DNA of 64,000 bases from the human T2T-CHM13v2.0 reference genome, Homo sapiens. Shown here piece after piece: positions 17,260-31,804 of this stretch. The notes beneath the pieces were generated by a model. The model was given only the letters and a program-made list of their open reading frames with translations. It had not been told where the DNA came from and did not search any database. Each line of letters opens with the position of its first letter. Within the stretch, counting starts at the first letter, position 1. The position numbers and the translations under genes were made by a program. The stretch is taken from NCBI RefSeq assembly GCF_009914755.1, contig NC_060932.1; one strand, written 5' to 3'.

Positions 17260-17904
17260 GACTGGTTGTCTTACCTGGCCAGAGCACCAAGATCTACATT
17301 GTTGGGCTTTACTCACATTCTTTAATAGCATTTCACAGTAGGAGAAGCAGGAAAAATTAAAATGTAGAAATTGGTCCTGCATTGCCTCATGTTGCTAATT
17401 TGATGTGATTCACTAAGCTGCTGTTTGGACTGCACTTTAAATGAGATCAAAACTCACCTTCAGGATTTCAGGCTTATCCTCAAAACCCCCACCACTAAAT
17501 AACTTTCTAAAATGATCTGAATGGTTTATGTTATGGCTTTTGGTATAGGGTATGAGGAAGATAATAAATACTTCTCAGGCAGTATTTCTGTACAAACCTC
17601 AAGCTAGCGGTAAGAAGAAAAACAGAGAATCTTTATCTATGTCTGAATGTGCAGCATATTAAAATATTTTGTCACTTGAGTATTTTTCCCCTACAGCTTG
17701 TGGATGTTTGCTTTTTTAAAGTAGAAATTATAGAAATATCCAGGGAGAAAACACAGTTCACAGTTCCTTCTTTGCAATACGTATTTGCGTTTTTGTCTTG
17801 GAGTGAAGCCATCTTATAATTTATATAGTCTTCATCTATTGATATACTTTCACTTTCTACCTCTGGGATTTCTATCTTTCATCACTATATTAAATCAATT
17901 GAAT

Positions 17905-18510
17905 GAAGATTCTTTTGATTCTAAGAACTTACTCTAACTTATAATAAGTTCATATTAGCTCAACTCAAAAAAAAGGAAATTTGTTGGTTTGGGCCTATGG
18001 GAAAGCCAGAGGTAGACTGTGGCTCAAGCAAGGCTGGATCTACAAACTGAAACAATGTGGACAGTTTCTCTCTCTCAATTATAATTTCTTTTTTTCATAA
18101 TTTCTTCTGCATGTTGGCCTGATTACCTCTTCGTGAAGATGTGCTTACTCTATTTTAGCAGGATGAAGGGCAAGGTGGAACCTCAGATTTACATGCCAAC
18201 TTGGTATCACTGGTAGGAAGAGACTCTCTCTTTCCTTTCTACAAATAGCAGTCCAGGGAATGGGCTCTGAATGGCCTTCTTGAGTCAGATCCCCAGTAGA
18301 TTAACATGTGCTGCCAAAGGCATGGGTGACTGTTACACATGCAGCCTGGGTCACATGCCCACCCTTCAGATAGAGGTTGCAAGTGGGGCACCATCGCTGG
18401 TATTTCCATCAGAACCTCAAGGAATGGGTAAGGAGTTCTGCAAACAAAAGGGAGTGCCGAAAGCAGAAGAAAAGATAGGTGAAAATGTGCTAGGCAGACC
18501 CAAAACAGTA
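17905..18510. mobile_element. Old MaLR/ERVL LTR (MLT1K/L or LTR33-like)
   Basis: AAAAAAGGAAATTTGTTGG..GGCTGGATCTAC.. motif typical of these LTRs, highly degenerate. Confidence 0.4.
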
Positions 18511-18839
18511 ACTGGCGTGTTCGGCACACTTAGCTTTGGCTTTTTTAGCAGGGTTGGCCTAAAGATGAGACACATGACCCCAGTAGGCATGCTACACTGC
18601 TGCTAGTGACCAACCCACCATCTGAGGGGCATCGCCTTCTTCAGCACCTCAAGTGTTCTTTACTCTTGTCCCTTATACAAGCTCCCACTTTATTCTCTGC
18701 AGGAGTACGGGGCAGCTTTCCTGCCAAGGGCCAGGAAGTAGACCGCTGAGGTGTGCCAAAGGCGATACAATGGCTGCTGGGAAACATGTATAGTTATCAG
18801 AGCACAGGCTTTGGTATCAGAAAGGACACACATTCAAAT

Positions 18840-19403
18840 TGTAACGAAGAAACAGGTTAGTTGCTTTCCACATGAGAGTCCAATTAACAAGAGCCAGGTC
18901 TGATACAAAATAAGTGAATTCATTCTGAAGTTAGCTTGGGGAAGGGGCACAAAATGTTCCGCCTTTAAATGTGCCACTCCACCTCTGGAGCAGAAAGCAG
19001 GCACTTATATAAGGTTGCGAAGAAAATGAGTAAGGACAGGGGTACACCTGCTAGCTTGGTGTCTTATCTACTGGGCAGTTGAGGTGGTGCCTTCCTGGGC
19101 AGAAGGAAGCTGTAAAAGTGTTCACACGGGCATGCTTTCCATGAGCCCTCCTGATGGATGAAAGTTCCGAGGCAACCCCATGGAGGTGAGAGTTCCATGG
19201 CGGCTGTGCTTTAGTCCAAGAAGAGATCTGTCTTGGAGCACACAGAACTTGACCTGTATGGAATGTCTGTGACGGGGCAGGTAAAAGGCTATACTTGCAT
19301 TTCTGAAGGGCTAAGTAGGAAACAGGGAGCCCAGGAATACGAAAAGAAGAGGGAGAGGAAAAAAAAAAAGCCACCTCTAGAACAATGGGGGCACTACGTT
19401 ACA
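18840..19403 (-). mobile_element. ERV1-class solo LTR (subfamily not determined) inserted into a MIR
   Basis: TGTAAC...GTTACA inverted termini, near-TSD AAAT/AAAC, and MIR core (CTGAGCCTCAGTTTC) resuming after it. Confidence 0.6.
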
Positions 19404-20984
19404 AAACCCCAGCTTGACAATTTAGCAATTTTGTGACTGATTTTTCTGAGCCTCAGTTTCTATCTCATTGAGTTGTCAGATCTGGTTGAAATATTATTTG
19501 TAAAGCATATAGCATAGCACCTGGTGACAGGTAAGCTCTTAATAAACAGTAGCCACCATTATTATCAAAGATATTATTATTATTTCCCTCCTTCCACTTC
19601 TCAAGCTAGGAATAAAGAGCAGCAATTTGGGATGATGGAGCCCTCTTGAATTAGGAGCTGCCTAGTACAATGACATACACAATGTGATATAGGTGCACAA
19701 AGCTTTTTCATACAATAGCTTTGTATTCTCTCATTTAGCCTTCAAAGCCCCCACTGAGCTGGATGCCATTAATATCTAGTTTTCAGGTGAGGAAGATGAC
19801 GCCCAGTGGGACTGTGATTTTATTAGGTCACATAACTGGTAAGTCACAGAGACAGGATTCAAACGTAGGCTTTCTGAATCCAGATTTTGTTCTCTCTTAA
19901 TTATACCACACTGTAAAGACCTATTTTTCTGAGAGCCCAGCGTGTGCCCTGCTAATCAGATGGCATAATGGGCAAGAACAGGGCCCGAGAAGACCTGGAG
20001 AATTCTCATTGGGTCACCAAGGTTTTGAACGCTTTTACCAGGGATGGTTCCAGAAGGTGATAATAGCTGGCAAGCTGTGACCTGTTGGAGGGAAGAGAGG
20101 AGAGAAAAGTTAAGAAGAAGGAAAAGAAGCAGAGTGGAAGAAAGAAAGGGATTAAGGTTGGGGTGAGGAAAATTAAAATCTAACTGATTAGAACTAGCAA
20201 AAAGCCAAAGTAATTTTTTAAACCTTAATGTACTTTTTGATTAAAGAAAATCTTTGCTCAAAGGCAAGTATTACTTAGACAGCCTAAGAAAGGAAAACAA
20301 ATGATAATGCCCATTATTTTTGAAATGAATTATAAGATTTGTCTGTGAATCTTTTAGATTTTAACCCTTGGGATGTGATATCCTTAGGGATTTCAATAAA
20401 CACAGACTTATTTCACTTATTTATTTCATCCTCCTTTCCATATAAAATCCCCCAATTTTAATTTATATATCCTGTTACTCAAAGTATCATCCTCTAAAAC
20501 ACTCTTTATCCAATATTGACATGGAGATTTCATTTTTAATTACTATTCTAAACCCAATTTTCAGCTTCTCTGTTTTTCTCTGATATTTTCACCTTCTTTC
20601 AGGAAAGTCTTGAAGCTGTCTTGAAGAGAATGGCAAACACGTAGAGATGAGGCATGCAATATACACTTGAGATCTATAAAACGCCGAAAGATGCATCTAT
20701 ACGATGAAATCACAAACCTGTCATCTGATCTCTTCATTTTTATTCATCTAATTTTTATCTTTTGAGTTTCAGCCATTCTCTTCCCTACATGTGCAGGCAA
20801 AAGTCAGAGAGTATGCATGTATGAACAAAAGAAATGTCATAGAGGCTTCAGTCAGCCATTCCTTTGAGCAAAACTGTGCTGGGAGGAGGAAGGCAAGACT
20901 GAGGCCTTGGACCTCTGCAGCAAGCAGTTCTACGATAACATGGGAGCGGAGGCCCTGGCTTACGTAATTTCAAAGTAAATAGAG

Positions 20985-21700
20985 ACTAAAAGTGAACTTC
21001 CGGTTTCCGATCCAGGAGGTAAGAAGCTTGGAAATCATTTCATTCATCTACCCAGCAAGAAAAAAAGCTGAGTGAATGAAAACTAACAACTTTCTTAGAT
21101 CCATCAGATAACTAAGATCACAGGACAACCCTCCGCTCTTCAAATTAGAGAGGCAGACGGGCAGATGGGGAGGATCAGGACTTAGTGGCACAGGAGCCCA
21201 AACGCAGAAACCCTCAGGGGAACCAGAACCGGAGTTAGAATTGACTAATTGCTGGAGGCTCAGTGCAGACAACGCTGAGGGTTAAAAGCTCCAGGGGGAC
21301 CCAGTCATGGATGGAAGGAGCCCACACTTTTTTGAGTTTTACCTCCTTCTAGGAGCCCTAGCAGGTTCTCATGGTGAAGATGAGAGAAAATTCCCCTCAT
21401 GTCTCCATGGGCGGGGTGGGAGTGGATGGGCTGAGGGGGTTGGGGGTGCTTTTGAAAAACTCCAGAGCACTCTGTCCTTATAAGTTCTGCCCTCAGGAGA
21501 CACAAGCCTGGGAGCCTGGCTGAACTGGGGGAAGGGAAACACAACTCCAGGCCTCTCTTGCCTGCCTCTTCTCACCCAGGGGAAAACAAAACAAAATAAA
21601 CAAGACAAAACTGAGAAGCACTTGTGAAGATCATACCCCAGGGACACAGGCTCAGGAAAAGACTGAGACCCAGTCCTTAGGATTAGCAAAACTAAAACAT
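20985..21700 (+). mobile_element. Ancient L1M 5'-end fragment
   Basis: GACTTCCGGTTTCC..GTAAGAAGCTTGGAAATC..GAGAATTAAG-like L1M 5'UTR motifs, degenerate. Confidence 0.4.
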
Positions 21701-22474
21701 ATCAGGAGAGACAAATGTTCCAATAAAGTTTCTTTTGTTTCTAGGATTTAAAATCCATTCATACTTGCTCAAATATAATGAAAAAGTCTTCTTTGAAAGG
21801 AAGCAGAGAGGTCTTATAAGAACTCGGTGTAACGGGGCAGGGGGTCAGGGTGGGGGGTGGGGGAAGTGTCTCTGAGGCCAGATAAAGGGCACTACTGGAG
21901 CCTACATGGCCTGTGCCCTCAGCCTCCCCTCTGTGACTCTCCCTCCCTGTCACCCTCACTCCCTCCTCTGAGCCTCACTGGCCTCCTGGCTGTGATGCCA
22001 ATATGCTGGGGGGCCCTCTAGCTTAAAGCATTGGCAGGGACTCCCTCTGCCTGAATTGTTCCTCCCCATCTATTAGCATGACTCACTGCTTCTCCATTCA
22101 GGCCTTTACTCAAATGTCACCTCACGAGCGTTGACAGAGGCCTTCCTTAAGGATCTGATGATGTTCCTTGTTCCTAGCTCCCTTACCCAGCTTTATCTGT
22201 CCTCAGAGCCCTTATTAGCACCCACTTGAACAGTAGCCCCTGCTAACCCACGGTGGGTTTGTTCCAAGAGCCCAGTGGATGTCTGACCAAACCCTATGTA
22301 CACTATGTTTTTTCTTATACATACATGCCTATGATAAAGCTTAAATTGTACCTTAGGCACAGGAAGAGATGAACAACAACAAATAATAATAAAATAGAAC
22401 AATGACAGCAGGTTCTCAAATAATGTCATTTTGTTCAATGTTGTTTTATTGATGATTTTAAAAAATCAGCTCCT

Positions 22475-22785
22475 GGCCGGATGCTGTGGCTCACCCCTGT
22501 AATCCCGGCACTTTGTGGGGCAGAAGCAGGTGGATTACTTGAGGTCAGGAGTTCAAGACCAGCCTGGCCAACATGGTGAAACCCCGTCTCTACTAAAAAA
22601 ACAAAAATTGGCTGGGTGCAGTGGCACATGCCTGTAATCCCAGCTACTCAGGAGCTTGAGGCAGGAGAATCATTTGAACCCGGGAGGCGGAGGTTGCAGT
22701 GAGACAAGATGGTACCACTGGACTCCAGCCTGGGCGACAGAGTGAGACTTTGCCTCAAAATAAATAAACAAATAATAAATAAAAA
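22475..22785 (+). mobile_element. AluS (Sx/Sz-like)
   Basis: Full dimer, (AAAT)n-type tail, degenerate TSD. Confidence 0.9.
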
Positions 22786-23001
22786 CATCATTTCCTGCCA
22801 GATCCACTGCATGGATGGAGTTTGCATGTTCTCCTCATGTCTGCCTGGTTTTTTGCCAGGTTCTCCAGTTTGCTCCCACATCCCAAAGCTGTGCCCTTTA
22901 GGACAACTGGCATGTCTACATGGTCCCAGTGTGAGTGAGTGTGGGTGTATGTGTGAGTGAGTGTGGATATGGGCGAATGCAGTTGTGTGTGAGTGCACCT
23001 T

Positions 23002-24144
23002 TGTTGCGGGAAGTCAGGGACCCCAAATGGAGGGACTGGCTGAAGCCATGGCAGAAGAACATGGATTGTGAAGATTTCATGGACATTTATTTGTTCCCCA
23101 AATTAATACTCTTATAATTTCTTATGCCTGTCTTTACTGCAATCTCTAAACATAAATTATGAAGATTTCATGGACACTTATCACTTCCCCAATCAATACC
23201 CTTGTGATTTCCTATGCCTGTCTTTACTTTAGTCTCTTAATCCTGTCAGGTGAGGAGGATGTATGTCACCTCAGGACCCTGTGATAACTGCGTTAACTGC
23301 ACAAATTGTAGAGCATGTGTATTTGAACAATATGAAATCTGGGCACCTTGAAAAAAGAACAGGATAACAGCAATGTTCAGGAAATAAGAGAGATAACCTT
23401 AAACTCTGACTGCCAGTGAGCCGGGTGGAACAGAGCCATATTTCTCTTCTTTCACAAGCAAATGGGAGAAATATTGCTGAATTCTTTTTCTCAGCAAGGA
23501 ACATCCCTGAGAAAGAGAATGCGCCCCTGAGGGTAGGTCTCTAAAATGGCCCCCTTGGGTGTGGCGATCTTCTATGGTTGAAACTGTAGGGATGAAATAA
23601 ACCCCAGTCTCCCATAGCACTCCCAGGCTTATTAGGAAGAGGAAATTCCAGCCTAATAAATTTTGGTCAGACCGGTTGCTCTCAAACCCTGTCTCCTGAT
23701 AAGATGTTATCAATGACAATGGTGCCTGAAACTTCATTAGCAATTTTAATTTCACCCCGGTCCTGTGGCCGTGTGATCTCACCCTGCCTCCATTTGCCTT
23801 GTGATATTCTATTAACTCGTGAAGTACGTGATGTCTGTGACCCACACCCTATTCGTACGCTCCCTCCCCTTTTGAAAATCCCTAATAAAAACTTGCTGGT
23901 TTTGCGGCTTGTGGGGCATCATGGAACCTACCGACATGTGATGTCTCCCCCGGACGCCCAGCTTTAAAATTGCTGTCTTTTGTACTCTGTCCCTTTATTT
24001 CTCAACCCAGCTGATGCTTAGGGAAAATAGAAAAGAATCTATGTGACATATTGGGGGTGAATTTTGCCCGATATCTGGCTGAATTTCCCCCGTGAAATAC
24101 TGGGGGTGAATTTTGCCTGATATCTGGCTGAATTTCCCCCTATA
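23002..24144 (+). mobile_element. MER11 solo LTR (HERV-K11/HML-8)
   Basis: TGTTGCGGGAAGTCAGGGACCCC start, ...GAATTTCCCCCTATA end, AATAAA at ~23885, perfect 6-bp TSD CACCTT (22996-23001, 24145-24150). Confidence 0.92.
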
Positions 24145-24372
24145 CACCTTGCGATGAGATGGCACCCTATCCAGGGCTGGTTCCTACCTTGCACCCTGAG
24201 CGGTTGATAGGTTTAGCCACCTGCCACCCTGAACTGCAATAAGTGGGTTGAAAAATAAATGAATGAATACAAATGGTTACCATGTAAAAATATTGTAAAA
24301 AGTATACAATAATCATGCAAATACACAACAATATACAATGCTGGACGAAAGCAAGCCACCATGTTTATGATA

Positions 24373-24684
24373 GTTTTTTTTTCTTTTTTTTGACAGAGTC
24401 TCGCTCTGTCACCCAGGCTGGAGTGCAGTGGTGCGATCTCGGCTCACTGCAGGCTCTGCCTCCCAGGTTCATGCCATTCTCCTGCCTCAGCGTCCTGAGT
24501 AGCTGGGACTACAGGTGCCTGACACTACACCCAACTAATTTTTTTCTTTCTTTTTTTTTTTTTTTAAGGAGAGATGGGGTTTCACCGTGTTAGCCAGGAT
24601 AGTCTCGATCTCCTGACCTCGTCATCTGCCAGCCTCGGCCTCCCAAAGTGTTGGGATTACAGGTGTGAGCCACGATGCCCGGCC
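24373..24684 (-). mobile_element. AluY
   Basis: GCCATTCTCC and CCGTGTTAGCCAGGAT diagnostics, degenerate TSD TGATRGTTTTT. Confidence 0.9.
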
Positions 24685-24848
24685 TTGTGATGGTTTTTGA
24701 ACTGCACGATGTGAGGAGGTGCTCCTAACAATTTTTTCTTCACAAACATTTATTCCTTGATTTAACTCACCACCACTTTGACCTCTGTTGCTCACTAATT
24801 CACCAAAAATTGAGTAAATCATTTTCTTATTTGTTATTAATCATTCTT

Positions 24849-25160
<312 letters not shown>

Positions 25161-26929
25161 TTAATCATTCTTAAATGTATGTACAGCTCACATTTATTTC
25201 AATGTTTAATATTAGAAGTGTTCTGGGTCACTACTTAGTTTGGTGACTTTTTTAACCAGTAATGTGTTGTAGCAACTGAACTCTTGCTTATGTCATTTGC
25301 CATGGGGAAAATGGTTTTCTTATAATTAATTTTGCTCCAACAGCTATTGTAATAAACATGTAAATGGTCTCTGTCTCTCTCAAAATATCTTCCTGTACTG
25401 TACTCATCCTTCTGCTTATGAAAGGGTGAAATGATCAAATGCTTACCTGATGAGATGAAGTGAGGTGAGCGTTATAGGCATTGTGATGCAGTGTTAGGCT
25501 ACTGTTGACCTTCTGCTTTGAGTGATTCTGGTTCCTCGAGCCTTGACAACGTCAATGGATGAATGTCAGGATCAGGCGATGTTGATGGTGGGGAATCCTC
25601 AATAGTAGAAGGTTTTTTGGTTGAAACTTTCTGGAAGAACACTGTAATCAGAAGGTGTTGTCTCTTTTTAACTCATCAAAGTGTTTCTGCAGAGGTTTTA
25701 ATCCTTCATTGATCATATGGGTGACTTTAATGCTGTGTTCCATTTAAGAATCATATTCCACAATTTTGTCCTTTAGAGTCTGTGCAACTCAAAACACTTT
25801 GGCAAATTTTGGTAATTTTCATATTGCTGGTTCAGCTTCAGTTCTTCTTTATCTTCCTTTTCCTCTGCAGAGGACTCAACAAGTTCTTCCAATTCTTCAT
25901 TTGTTAATGCTTCTCAGTGGCCTTCAATATGTTCTTTCATGCTTCCAAGCATGTTGGCAAATCTTTCTTCACCAACTTGTCTTGCTTCACGAATGGTCTT
26001 CCTAATTTCTCTGATGCTCCCCAGAAAGCCTTTTAAATTATTCAGGTCAGCACTCCATAAGTCTGTCCAGTAGCCATTTACAGCTTCTGGTTGTAATCCA
26101 TTCATTGCAGCTTTGATAAATGCTGTTGCATCAGCACTGCATTATGTTCAGATTGGTGTTTGCATTAATTGCTGATCATGTGTGATCAAATATCAGGCAG
26201 TTGTATATTGACTTGACAAATCAAATGATGCCCAGGTAAATGAGCTGAAGCAATAAGATTGTATTTGGAGGTAAAAATATGACCTTGACTTTTCATTTTC
26301 ACAGCAAACAGATTCAGGATGGCCAAGTGCGTTGTCTATTATTAATAGGACTTAAATTTCAACCCTTCCTCTTCCAAGTATTTTGTCATTTCTGGGATGA
26401 AGCATTGGTGGAACCATTCCATAAACAAGATGGCTGTCACCCACACTTTCTGATTATGTTGCCAGAACACAGAGACATAATTTTTGTTTTTTGAGAACAC
26501 AAGGGTTTCTTGTTCTGTACACTATGCTTGGCTTTGTTATATGCCCTGCATCATTGCTACACAGCAGCAGAATTGATCTGTCCTGCCATGTTTTATGCCC
26601 CAGTGTCTCTGTTGTAGGTCCTCTTAGGCGTTTTCTTCCAGAAGAGCCAGTTGAAGCCTTGCTTTGGATGCTAGTCTTTCTTCTTAATCAACTCTTCATT
26701 GTCAGACACAGACTTTCCTGTAATTTTTATAGTTTTCAGTTTAAGCCCATTCCTGAATCTGTGTAACCATCCCTTACTCTCTATGTAACCATTCCTTACT
26801 TTTAATAAATGGCTTGGTGTCACTCCTTTTCAAGGACCCCTTGCTGAAGGCTTCACATAGGCTCAGTGCTTTCTGGAGCACATATTGCCATCAATTGGAA
26901 CATGTTTTATCTTCATGTATTCTACTCTC

Positions 26930-27492
26930 AAAATTACAACCATAACAGGCCCATTGCCCGATGCACGTGGCAAATCAATATACCAAGTCATGGGGTTGCT
27001 GCAGAAAAAGAAGTTTAATTATAGGGTCACTGAATGAGGAGTTGGAGAAAACTTCAAGTCCGTCTGCCTGAGGAGTTTGGCACTAGGGTTGTTAAGGATT
27101 TTGGAGTGGGCTGAAGTGTGGAGATTGTTGGCTGGCCGAAGAGGACAGGGTGAAGTCATGGGACAGGGAGAGGAAGAAATTGTATGCTCATGATGTTTCC
27201 TTCCTTTGTGGGGATCTGCAGACTGGGTGGCATTCGCAGTTTTGCTACAATTTGGGATCCAAAAAACATCTTAAGCAATTCTTAAAAGCTTTATGAGTCT
27301 AACATAAGAAATCCTATCTAGCTTACACAGAACTCTTATGATTCTAATGTCAGAGATCCTACCTATAGGAACAATGGAAATGCAAATGGTATCTACTGGG
27401 CCAAAGGGCAGCTTGATTAATGCTTAATTATAACTATACTATTAATTATACTTCTGTCCAGAATTTTTGTTAACCCTGTGAGGATGGCTTCA
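26930..27492 (-). mobile_element. ERV1-class solo LTR (LTR26-like) inside Tigger7
   Basis: Reverse complement starts TGAAGCCATCCTCACAGGGTTAACAAAAATTCTGGACAG and interrupts the transposase remnant. Confidence 0.6.
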
Positions 27493-28221
27493 AAATTTAA
27501 TGCCTTTTCTATCTTAACAAAGCACTTATCAGACACTGTGGCTGTAACTTTTGCAGTTGAAGTATGACAACAAAATTAGCACAAATTTCTTTTGCCTCCT
27601 TTATAATTTCACAGATAGAAGATTTGCTCTTACTGTAAATCCTAGCAACCTCAGCATACAATTTTTTTTCTTGGCTTATTAAATTGAGAACTTTCACCTT
27701 TTCACTTAAAAAAAAAAGCAATTTAGGGCTCCTCTTTGGCATATTGGAATAGCCAGCCTCACTACTCTTTTGCTTTAAGGCCACTATTAAGTAAAATAAA
27801 GGTGACTTGAACACAAGCACTGCAATATTGTGACGGTCTATCTTATTACTGAGAAGGCTTCTGAGTGACTCACGGGCAGGGACTGTCTACAGCACAGATG
27901 TGCTGGACAAAGGCAGGATTCGTGTCCAGGGTGGATGGAGTGAGAGGACGCCAGACTTTGTCACACTACTGAGAATGGTGTGCAGTTTAAAATGTATTAA
28001 TTGTTTTTCTGAAATTTTCCATCTAATATTTTCAGGGGTTGACTGGGTGTAATTGAAACGTCAGAAAGCCAAATCGTGGATGAGGAGGGACTGCTGTATA
28101 TGCCTTTCTGTTTATTTGTTTTCTCTTTTCACCCTAGAATGGTTCACAGTAGACTCTTAGTAACTATTTGTGAAGTATTTGTGGAATAATTAAACAAATG
28201 GGTAAGCAAAGGCAGGTTTTA

Positions 28222-29100
<879 letters not shown>

Positions 29101-29154
29101 AGTACCAAGTCGGCTGTAGAGATGAGCTTGGATCTTACTGCTGCCTTTTAGCTT

Positions 29155-29595
29155 TGAGAAAGAAAAAAGCCTTTTATCTGAGGAATGCAAGCCCCTCTAA
29201 ATTATCAGGCCCAGAGAGGCATTTAAAATGTAAAAGCGGTTATGTCTCACTTTCCCTGTGCTTAATAGTTACCTCTGGAAGCCACTTGCTTTGCAGGCTC
29301 TAAACTGATGCCTCGTAGCCATAAAATGCCACATACCCTGTAGTTCAACAATGTATAGCCAGTCACTAACCAGTGTTATTTCTGCAAACCTAAGAGAAGT
29401 CCTGGTGAACAGCTTTTGTAATCACTCTCATGAGTCATCCTTTAGTTCTTTAATGACTTGATCCTCGCTTTTGTTCTCTGGAGCACTCCCCAAGGCAACT
29501 TGGAAATGTGTCCTGGACTGCAGTCCTTAACCTTTGCGCTTGAATAAACTCTCTTTCAACTACATTCTGACCTTTTTGATTACCTTAGGTTGACA
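29155..29595 (+). mobile_element. ERV1 MER4-group solo LTR
   Basis: TGAGAAAG..TATCTGAGGAATGCAAGCCCC..AATAAACTCTCTTT..AGGTTGACA. Confidence 0.65.
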
Positions 29596-30084
29596 TCTTC
29601 TCTCTGTGTGTTTGCTTAATTTCTCTTGTTCTCCCACCTAGCTTCTGACTCACTGCTCCCTATGACATTGGGGAGCAATCACCTAAAGACCTGCACTCAG
29701 CCTCAGCTCTGATGTTAGATCCACTGAAATGTTTATCTCCACCTGCTACTTTCCTAAGTCTCTTAGTTCAGGGTCATTACTTGTCCAGCAGGAGTTTTTC
29801 TTAGTTCTGGGTTTTCGTTTTTGGGGGGTGCGGGTGGAGGAATGAGGTATCACAGACTCTGTACCTACTTCTTATAGGTTGGGATTCTTCTGGAGGGAGT
29901 ATGGAAGGAGAAGGAATGCACTTGAAACATGTCTTGTCAAGGTAAGATTTCAGTCAAAGGAAGGAACTAATATTTACTTGTGGAGCCCCTGCTAACTGCC
30001 AAGCACTGAGCTCAGCATATGGAAAGCAATTCACTCAACCTTTCTATCCACTTTCCAAGCTAGATATTATTCTCACCATTTTCA

Positions 30085-30290
30085 CAGAGAGGTGCTTGTG
30101 GGAAAAGAGAGAGAGCTCTCTGGGGTCTCTTCTTAAAAGAGTACTAGTCCGTCACATCAGAGCCAATCCTCCTGACTTCATCTAACCCTAATCACCTCCC
30201 AAAGGCCCTACCTCCAAATACGGTCACATTCGGCATTAGGGCTTCAATACATGAATTGGAGTGGGGGTGGTATAAACACTTGGTCCGTAA
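30085..30290 (-). mobile_element. MLT1A-like MaLR fragment
   Basis: TCATCTAACCCTAATCACCTCCCAAAGGCCC..TTAGGGCTTCAATACATGAATT. Confidence 0.6.
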
Positions 30291-31445
30291 GATAGGCCAA
30301 TCCAAATAAAATAAGAAAGATAATTAATATGAAGATACCATTAGAGTGACCACCTACCTCCTGAGAGTCTGTTTCCTGCTTGAATCCATATGACTTCTGA
30401 AGGACCTGGCACCCAAAAAGGCAGACTTGGGAACTCAAATGGAGACTTCAAAACTGAAGGAGATCTTTTGTATAATGCCACTCAATTTAAAATTTTCCAA
30501 TAGCGCTTTCTGCATAGACAAAATATGAACTGCTGTTCAAACCCAAAATGTTCCTCCAGGTAATTCAGCTGCTCTCCTTGCTCCAGTGTGGTCCACAAAT
30601 CCTTATTGACTGTCATACAAAAGGTTTATGAACCAGGAAGAAAGCCTATAGCTCAAGAAGCATCTCATTGATAGGAAACATAAAGTGGGGATTTTCTCTT
30701 GTCCTGAAATATCCAAATAATCCATCCAAAAAGATGAAATAATAAATCTCTCACTTGAGCTCTTCGCTTTGCTTTTATCTTCAGATTTACTTCTCAATTG
30801 TCTCATCCTGGTACAACCAGCTCAGAATCAGACACTAATCTGTGTATGAATGATATACAGCAGGACAGGGAAGGGAATGAGCATTTTTCAAACACCTGCT
30901 CTCCACCACACTTTATACATATTTCGTTGTAGAACTACCGAAACCCTAAAGAAAGTGTGTCCATAATGGGTATACATAGGTGAGAAAACTGAGGCTCAGA
31001 GAGATGCAGCTGTTTGTCTGAACAATCCCTGGTTAGTCAGAATGCCAGCTGCGAAACCAGGGATCATGTGCCGGCATTTTTGCTACCTGAGCTGTTTCCC
31101 AGAAGCCTGTAACATTGAAATCGGCAGGATTTTAGTCACTCAAAATAGGTTGTAGTCTCTTAACAAGCCTTTGCAAAGCTTTAAAATTCCTCTAGGTCAG
31201 GATGCCAGAACAGTGCTTATTAGATCTCCCTCATCCAAAGGCTGAGAGAGATGGTTGTGGAGCTTCACCCATCATTTGCTCGTTATCATTGAGACTCCCA
31301 GGACTTAGGAGTGCATTTTGGTCCTTCAGGGATACTAAAGGTCCCCTGTGAGAGGCCGCTTTCCATCTCCTTGGCAAGATGCTTCTGTGCAGGCTTTTGG
31401 CATTCTGCTGCCTTGCAGTTGAAGCCTCTACTTCCTTTCTCACTA

Positions 31446-31804
31446 CAGACGGTCCCAACTTACTATGGTTTGACGGTTTGACTTTACCATGGTGCAAAAG
31501 CGATATGCATTCAGTAGAAGTGGTGTGATAGATACTCTCTCACGATGCTGGTAGCATAGCCAGAGAGCTCCCAGTCAAACACATGGTCACGAGGGTGAAC
31601 AGCTGATGCTCTAGAGTGTGCTGTGCTGCTGGATGACTTTCCCCAACTGTAGGCTAGAAGTGTTCTGAGCACGCTTACAGAAGGCTGGGCTCAGCTATGG
31701 TGTTCAGTAGGTTAGGTGTGTTAAATGCATTTTTAACTTAATGATATCTTCAACTTATGATGGTTTTATCTGATATAACCCCACTGTAAGGTGAGGAACA
31801 TCTG
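31446..31804 (-). mobile_element. MER47A (Tigger5-derived MITE)
   Basis: CAGACGGTCCCAACTTAC...GTAAGGTGAGGAACATCTG terminal inverted repeats and GTAGGTTAGGTGTGTTAAATGCATTT core. Confidence 0.8.

Noticed and set aside
25700-27820. Domesticated TIGD/CENP-B-like gene
   Set aside because: The transposase is fragmented by stops, frameshifts and an LTR insertion.
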